Assembly (NCBI GenBank): GCA_963796685.1
Contig: CAWCMR010000008.1
Coordinates: 608,001-672,000, forward strand
Origin: an uncultured delta proteobacterium
GTDB lineage: Bacteria > Myxococcota_A > Polyangia > Fen-1088
DNA: 64,000 nt
Direction of reading: 5' to 3'
Below are positions 59,563 to 64,000 of this stretch, one piece after another. Both the position numbers and the translations under genes were made by a program. Below the pieces are notes generated by a model that saw only the letters and a list, made by a program, of their open reading frames with translations, was not told the origin of the DNA and ran no database searches. How positions within the stretch are numbered: the stretch's first letter is position 1; each line of letters starts with the position of its first letter.

Positions 59563-60623
59563 ACAAGCTCCAGCGGGCGGTGTTGGTTCGCGCGAAGACC
59601 GCAAGCAATTCGGAGCTAGCGGTGCCCCTTACTGAAGAGGCCTGCTGCTACCTTGCCGTCGTGATTGCATCAGATCTTCGACTCCAACGCAGGTTCAAAG
59701 ACCTGCCGACCAAGATTCTTCCCTTCTTCTCCGAGGATCCATCACTGCTGGTAGTAGAGGGAATGGATTTCTGGAACTTGATGGAACGGCTTGCCAGTGA
59801 AGATCCGGACACTGTTATGTATTTCGCCTGTCTCGCGGCACTCCACAAAGCACGTCTGAAGTACCAGCAAATCCTGAAGCGACAGCCCATTCCGACCATG
59901 GATCAAGTGGGTCCGCGCGGATTACTCCAATTCGGAACGATGACCGCCAAGGCGCTGACCGGGTTCATGCTCTGGCGAAAGTGGATGTTCGATATCGATA
60001 ACCGTGCCGGCCAGGAAACTGGCTATCTCTTTGAGCCAATAATCGCAAATGCGATCGGTGGTGTAGCGTACAGCGCGACGAAGAGTCCCGTAAGGCGCCA
60101 CGGCGACGCAGGAAAGGGACGACAAGTAGACTGCATCGTTGATCGGCGAGCATATGAGATCAAGATGAGGGTTACTATCGCGGCGTCTGGGCAGGGCAGA
60201 TGGGGTGAAGAACTCGAGTTCCCAATCGACGCCCGGAAGAGCGGCTATCAGCCTGTTCTCATCGTGTTCGATCCGACTGAAAACGACAAGCTCGCACAAC
60301 TTTCCGCGGCCTTTCGGGCGCAGAAGGGTGAGGTTTTCGTCGGAGCGAAAGCGTGGAAACACTTGGATGCTGCGGCTGGTTCAACTATGGCCCAGTTCCT
60401 GGAGCGCTACGTGCGTACGCCAAGCCAGGCTCTGTTGAGGGAAATTCCAGACGTCCCAGGGGATCTTCCTGATCTAACGGTGAGGATGGACGAATCGAGA
60501 TTTTCCATCTGCCTGGGAGACGAGGAGTACTCCGTACCTCGTGAAACAGGGGAGGCAGTCACTGATCCTCCCAATGCGGATGAAATACCAGATGACGCCG
60601 ATGAAGGCGTCCCAGGGCCATGA
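59553..60623 (+). CDS. Cassette: putative type II restriction endonuclease (PD-(D/E)XK, ApaLI-like)
   Basis: FE...QVDC...AYEIK motif. Overlaps the MTase stop and sits between MTase and Vsr. Confidence 0.7.
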   Translation: MGLDKLQRAVLVRAKTASNSELAVPLTEEACCYLAVVIASDLRLQRRFKDLPTKILPFFSEDPSLLVVEGMDFWNLMERLASEDPDTVMYFACLAALHKARLKYQQILKRQPIPTMDQVGPRGLLQFGTMTAKALTGFMLWRKWMFDIDNRAGQETGYLFEPIIANAIGGVAYSATKSPVRRHGDAGKGRQVDCIVDRRAYEIKMRVTIAASGQGRWGEELEFPIDARKSGYQPVLIVFDPTENDKLAQLSAAFRAQKGEVFVGAKAWKHLDAAAGSTMAQFLERYVRTPSQALLREIPDVPGDLPDLTVRMDESRFSICLGDEEYSVPRETGEAVTDPPNADEIPDDADEGVPGP

Positions 60624-61129
60624 CCTGCATTCGACTACGAGCACCGCACTCCAGTTCTGAACTCGTTGGGCGAGTCATGCGAGCAAATGTTGGCCGCGAG
60701 ACCTCACCCGAATTTGCGCTTCGAACGTCTCTTACCCAAGCGGGGCTGAAGTTCGAGACCGCTGTACGACCAGAGCAAGAGATCCGATGCCGCGCAGATT
60801 TTGTCTTTCGACCGGAGATGGTTTGCGTTTTCGTGGATGGCTGCTATTGGCACGCATGTCCGACGCATTTTTCGGTGCCGCGTACCAACACATCATGGTG
60901 GCGAGAAAAGATCGACGCAAACAGGGACCGAGATCAGCGGCAAACGGCGCTACTGCGGGCGCATGGGTGGAGCGTACTTCGAGTATGGGAGCACGACCTT
61001 CGCGCGTCCCAAATCCCGGTCGTGATCCACGCAATCCGCTCAAGGCTACGGCGTCGATGCACCAAATCCAGCCGCCATCTTGGAGTCCCGGCTAACCCGC
61101 CATTGCAGCGGACAGGGCCGCCGCAGTGA
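60620..61129 (+). CDS. vsr: Cassette: very short patch repair endonuclease
   Basis: ETSPE, ADFVF, VFVDGCYWHACP, KIDANRDRD, GWSVLRVWEH. Confidence 0.92.
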   Translation: MTCIRLRAPHSSSELVGRVMRANVGRETSPEFALRTSLTQAGLKFETAVRPEQEIRCRADFVFRPEMVCVFVDGCYWHACPTHFSVPRTNTSWWREKIDANRDRDQRQTALLRAHGWSVLRVWEHDLRASQIPVVIHAIRSRLRRRCTKSSRHLGVPANPPLQRTGPPQ

Positions 61130-61193
61130 AATCGTACAGAATTGAAACGGCAACTCAGCGGCGTCCCTGCCGCTGAATGGCAGAGCGTTAGAC
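61090..61193 (+). repeat. attC site 6
   Basis: GGCTAAC-CCGCCATTGCAGCGG...CCGCTGAATGGCAGAGC-GTTAGAC. Confidence 0.87.
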
Positions 61194-61227
61194 GTACACG
61201 CCCGGCGCGTTTGTGATGCGCGGTGTC

Positions 61228-61258
61228 TTGCCAGACGTATATGCTTGGTATATACATG
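61228..61258 (+). promoter_or_regulatory. Putative sigma70 promoter/autoregulatory operator of the BrnTA cassette
   Basis: TTGCCA...TATACAT with an overlapping GTATAT/ATATAC inverted repeat just upstream of the ATG. Confidence 0.5.
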
Positions 61259-61263
61259 ACGGG

Positions 61264-61572
61264 ATGACTGCCTTCCCTGAGATTCTCGCACATTGCGTTG
61301 GATTTCAGTGGGATGAGGGCAACGCGGACAAGAACTGGGAACTCCATCATGTATCGAGGGCGGAAGCGGAGGAGACGTTTTTCAACCGACCGCTCGTCGT
61401 GGCATCGGACTACAAGCATTCCGAGAAAGAGATTCGCCTGGCGGCCCTTGGAAAGACCAACGCCGACCGCCTACTCGCGATCGTTTTCACGGTTCGAGAA
61501 GACTTGGTGAGGGTCATCTCCGCCCGAGACATGAGTCGAAGAGAACGGGGTCTTTATGAACAAGCGATCTAA
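61264..61572 (+). CDS. brnT: Cassette: BrnT family toxin
   Basis: FQWDEGN...HHVSRAEAEE, EIR...LG, VRVISAR. Confidence 0.88.
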   Translation: MTAFPEILAHCVGFQWDEGNADKNWELHHVSRAEAEETFFNRPLVVASDYKHSEKEIRLAALGKTNADRLLAIVFTVREDLVRVISARDMSRRERGLYEQAI

Positions 61573-61852
61573 GAAGAGCAAAATTTCCGTTCCCCACTTT
61601 GCAAGCGAGGACGCGGAGCGGAAATACTGGGCCGAGAACGATGTCACGGACGCCTTCGATTGGAGCAAGGCCGTGCAGCCGACCTTTCCCAACTTGAAAC
61701 CGTCGACGACCGCCATCTCTCTGCGGCTTCCGATTTCGATGATCGAGGAACTCAAAGCCTTGGCAAACAAGCAGGACGTCCCCTACCAGTCCCTGATGAA
61801 GGTCTATCTCAACGAGCGCATTAGGCGGGAACGTGTTCGTCGAGCGTCGTGA
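61556..61852 (+). CDS. brnA: Cassette: BrnA/CopG-type antitoxin
   Basis: PHFASEDAERKYW, ISLRL, VPYQSLMK; overlaps brnT. Confidence 0.85.
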   Translation: MNKRSKKSKISVPHFASEDAERKYWAENDVTDAFDWSKAVQPTFPNLKPSTTAISLRLPISMIEELKALANKQDVPYQSLMKVYLNERIRRERVRRAS

Positions 61853-61893
61853 TGTCGCAGGTTCCTGATCCGGACCGAAAAGCGAAAGGTGAC

Positions 61894-61964
61894 GTCTAAC
61901 AAGCCGTTGCAGCTGACGGTCGGCCGCGGACGGCCGCCCGCAGCTGAACGGCAAAGCGTTCGAC
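61894..61964 (+). repeat. attC site 7
   Basis: GTCTAAC-AAGCCGTTGCAGCTG...CAGCTGAACGGCAAAGC-GTTCGAC. Confidence 0.9.
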
Positions 61965-61980
61965 AGACGAAAGGGGCAGC

Positions 61981-62862
61981 ATGACCGATGACTTGTGCGA
62001 TCAGCTGAAGGAAACTCAGCAGTCCTGGGCCGGTGCCCGTGGCCTCGTGTTCGACGCGCATGGGTACTGCGAGTCATGCAACGCCAATCTCTTCGAACCA
62101 CTCACATCTTGCTCGCTACGCGATATCGCGAGCGGCGATGGCGCGGAGTTCGGAAGCGGAAGCGCGAAGGGAAAGATTCAAGCCCTGCATTCATCGACGG
62201 CATTGGTATGCAACGTGTTCGACTATTGGCGAGGCCGCAACCTTGCGGTTCTTCAGAAAGCTCTCGACTTGTCGGTGCGGCTTTGTGGATTGGCCTTTGA
62301 GCAGAAGTTCCCAACAGGGGCTGGTGGAAGAGCGAATCTTGACGTGGTCCTGTATGGATGCGACGGCACGATATTGGCGATCGAGAGCAAGTTCACAGAG
62401 CCATTCAAAAGGTCAAAGAACAAGTGTTTCCTCAAGCCCAAGTACTTCCCTTCTAACCGATCGCTCTGGAAGGACGCCGGGCTTTCGGGGTGCCAGGCTG
62501 TTGCCGACAGTCTTCGCAATGGACTCCTTCGATTCGAGACGTTGGATGCCGCACAACTTCTGAAACATATGCTCGGCCTCGGGCGAAGCGGCTCTTCTTG
62601 GACCCTGATGTGCATTTGGTACGCACCTGGTGGGCAGCTTTCCAATCTGCATTCCGAGGAACTGGCAGCGTTCTCTAGGGCCCTGGGCGTAGATTCCCCG
62701 AAGTTTCGCACGACAACATATCAGGACCTTTTCCAGAGCCTGGCGCTCGGACCAGAAGACGCCGACTACGCGGCATACCTACAGGCCCGGTACTTCGCTG
62801 AGTCGCTGTCGAACAAGGCGTTGAACCCGACGGTCGGCCGCGGACGGCCGCCCGCGGGTTAA
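61981..62862 (+). CDS. Cassette: putative restriction-endonuclease-like protein (PGN_0703-like PD-(D/E)XK)
   Basis: LHSSTALVCNVF, FEQK, NLDV, IESKFTE, QLLKH. Confidence 0.68.
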   Translation: MTDDLCDQLKETQQSWAGARGLVFDAHGYCESCNANLFEPLTSCSLRDIASGDGAEFGSGSAKGKIQALHSSTALVCNVFDYWRGRNLAVLQKALDLSVRLCGLAFEQKFPTGAGGRANLDVVLYGCDGTILAIESKFTEPFKRSKNKCFLKPKYFPSNRSLWKDAGLSGCQAVADSLRNGLLRFETLDAAQLLKHMLGLGRSGSSWTLMCIWYAPGGQLSNLHSEELAAFSRALGVDSPKFRTTTYQDLFQSLALGPEDADYAAYLQARYFAESLSNKALNPTVGRGRPPAG

Positions 62863-62878
62863 CGCCAAGCCGTTCGAT
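62808..62878 (+). repeat. attC site 8
   Basis: GTCGAAC-AAGGCGTTGAACCCG...CGGGTTAACGCCAAGCC-GTTCGAT. Confidence 0.88.
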
Positions 62879-62884
62879 GGACCG

Positions 62885-63154
62885 TCAGTGTCCGGCGAGT
62901 AGTCGGTCGTAGTCTTGGTGGTTCCCGATCCAGTACCAGACGATCCCTGCATCCTGAAGAATCCCAACGGCTCGATAGTCACGCGATATGCGCACGGAGT
63001 AGACCGGGCATGCTTGGCTCACGCGCTTGAACTGTAGACCCGGGTGTCTCGGGTTGAGGGTGAACGATCAGTATCCCGCCCGCGCTTGGTCCTGAACTTC
63101 GGCGGGTAGCTGGTGAAACAGCTCCCAGAACCTGGCGGTTGCTCGCGACCTCAC
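62885..63154 (-). pseudogene. Cassette: RelE/ParE-like toxin with internal nonsense codon
   Basis: MRSRATARFWELFHQLPAEVQDQARAGY*SFTLNPRHPGLQFKRV...YSVRISRDYRAVG...WYWIGNHQDYDRLL. TGA at 63070-63068. Confidence 0.8.
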
Positions 63155-63369
63155 ATCTTGTCCGGATCGAGATCGGTTGTTCGACCCGCGGCCAAGTCGG
63201 CCAGGGCTTCGTCGGCCAGTGCGTTCAGCAGGTCTTGGGACTGGGCGAATCGACGGGTCCATCCGTCCTCGGAAACGAGTTCGGATTGCAGCCATCCGGC
63301 AATCCGATCCTGCTCGTCGGCCGGGAGGGACGACAGCTGGGAGAAGACGTTTGCGAGGGCCTGAGTCAT
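63151..63369 (-). CDS. Cassette: small acidic antitoxin
   Basis: LPADEQDRIA...W...F...LADEAL. GTGA overlap with the toxin. Confidence 0.75.
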   Translation of the reverse strand: MTQALANVFSQLSSLPADEQDRIAGWLQSELVSEDGWTRRFAQSQDLLNALADEALADLAAGRTTDLDPDKM

Positions 63370-63395
63370 GCCTCAAGAATACTCTCTGGAAGGCT

Positions 63396-63565
63396 GCCGA
63401 ACAAGCCGTTGCAGCGCTGAACAAGGGCCTGTCAACTCTCGGTCGAAGTTCAACGAGCCGCGGCCGCGCGGCTCGACAGATCAATGAAGGCCGCCGCGCG
63501 GCCACGGCAGTGCTACCATCGACCATCACCTACGGCCTTTGCTGCTGAACGGCAAGGCGTTCGGT
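63396..63565 (+). repeat. attC site 9 (long type, 170 bp)
   Basis: GCCGAAC-AAGCCGTTGCAGCG...GCTGAACGGCAAGGC-GTTCGGT, with the same interior as attC1 and attC2. Confidence 0.85.
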
Positions 63566-63611
63566 GGGCGCGGGAAACCGTCGCAAATAGTATCTCCTGT
63601 GATACCATGAG

Positions 63612-64000
63612 ATGGTGCGTGTGGTTCTAGATACTTGCGTGCTTGTCGCAGCCTGGCGGTCCAGACTGGGCGCATCATTTGAGATCATCCGCCTTCTCCG
63701 ACGGAAAAGGTTCGAGATCGCCGTGTCTGTGCCCTTGGTCGTGGAGTATGAGTCCGCATTGCTGCGCCATCTCTCCTCGACCCGGCGGGCGGCCGACGTC
63801 ACCACCTTCGTTGACTACCTGTGTCTTGTTGCGCACAAGCAGGACATCTTCTTCCTTTGGCGTCCGCTGCTTCGAGACCCGAACGACGATATGGTGGCGG
63901 AGCTTGCGGTCGCGAGTCGTGCTGACGCGATCATCACGCACAACCTGAAGGATTTCTCTGCTGCTGCCAACCTTGGTATTCGAGTCCTTACGCCAGGTTC
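63612..64000 (+). CDS. Cassette: PIN-domain toxin (truncated by the window end)
   Basis: MVRVVLDTCVLVAA...EYE...LRDPNDDMVAELAV...IITHNLKDF. Not in the ORF track because there is no stop in the window. Confidence 0.85.
   Translation, partial: MVRVVLDTCVLVAAWRSRLGASFEIIRLLRRKRFEIAVSVPLVVEYESALLRHLSSTRRAADVTTFVDYLCLVAHKQDIFFLWRPLLRDPNDDMVAELAVASRADAIITHNLKDFSAAANLGIRVLTPG

Larger units (their letters stand above)
51655..64000 (+). mobile_element. Integron gene-cassette array (no intI in window; CALIN-like), continues past the window end
   Basis: Nine attC sites with AAC...GTT boxes and L-box hairpins. Each cassette's starting GTT core complements its closing R''. ORFs are compact and more AT-rich than the backbone. 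Confidence 0.92.

Noticed and set aside
63425-63440. TTGACA on the bottom strand of the long attC sites as a -35 box
   Set aside because: No plausible -10 hexamer lies at 16-18 bp spacing.
51800-63565. CRISPR array interpretation of the recurring repeats
   Set aside because: The repeats are 63-170-bp imperfect palindromes with AAC/GTT boxes separated by whole genes, and no cas genes are present. They are attC sites.

Overview
High-GC bacterial DNA whose gene content (VegA-like protein, Gly-rich lipoproteins, Cys-rich/vWA lipoprotein) suggests a myxobacterium-like (Myxococcota) host; this is inference. About 1-51.4 kb is chromosomal. It holds an NHEJ cluster (ligase fragment, ligD, DUF72, ku), a PAS hybrid kinase, eno, a NifU-like/GGGtGRT pair, DUF1634/TauE, and GH12/GH5 lipoproteins. 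It also holds a ~2,865-aa Ser/Thr-rich octapeptide-repeat protein followed by an OGT-like GT41 and a PMT-like GT39, then purE/purD/purH, gltA, lipB, murA and small palindromic MITE-like repeats. From ~51.65 kb to the window end lies an integron-type cassette array: a candidate attI, nine attC sites, ten cassettes, and no intI in the window. The cassettes are mostly defence-like (GIY-YIG, trypsin-like protease, C5-MTase/REase/Vsr, BrnTA, a second nuclease, a RelE-like TA with a dead toxin, PIN). One attC is split by a group II intron that does not look like class C, whose predicted EBS1 pairs with the conserved attC spacer; the intron is itself interrupted by an ISL3 element with an 8-bp target duplication. 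About eight genes, including eno, carry single-base indels that are most likely sequencing or assembly errors.
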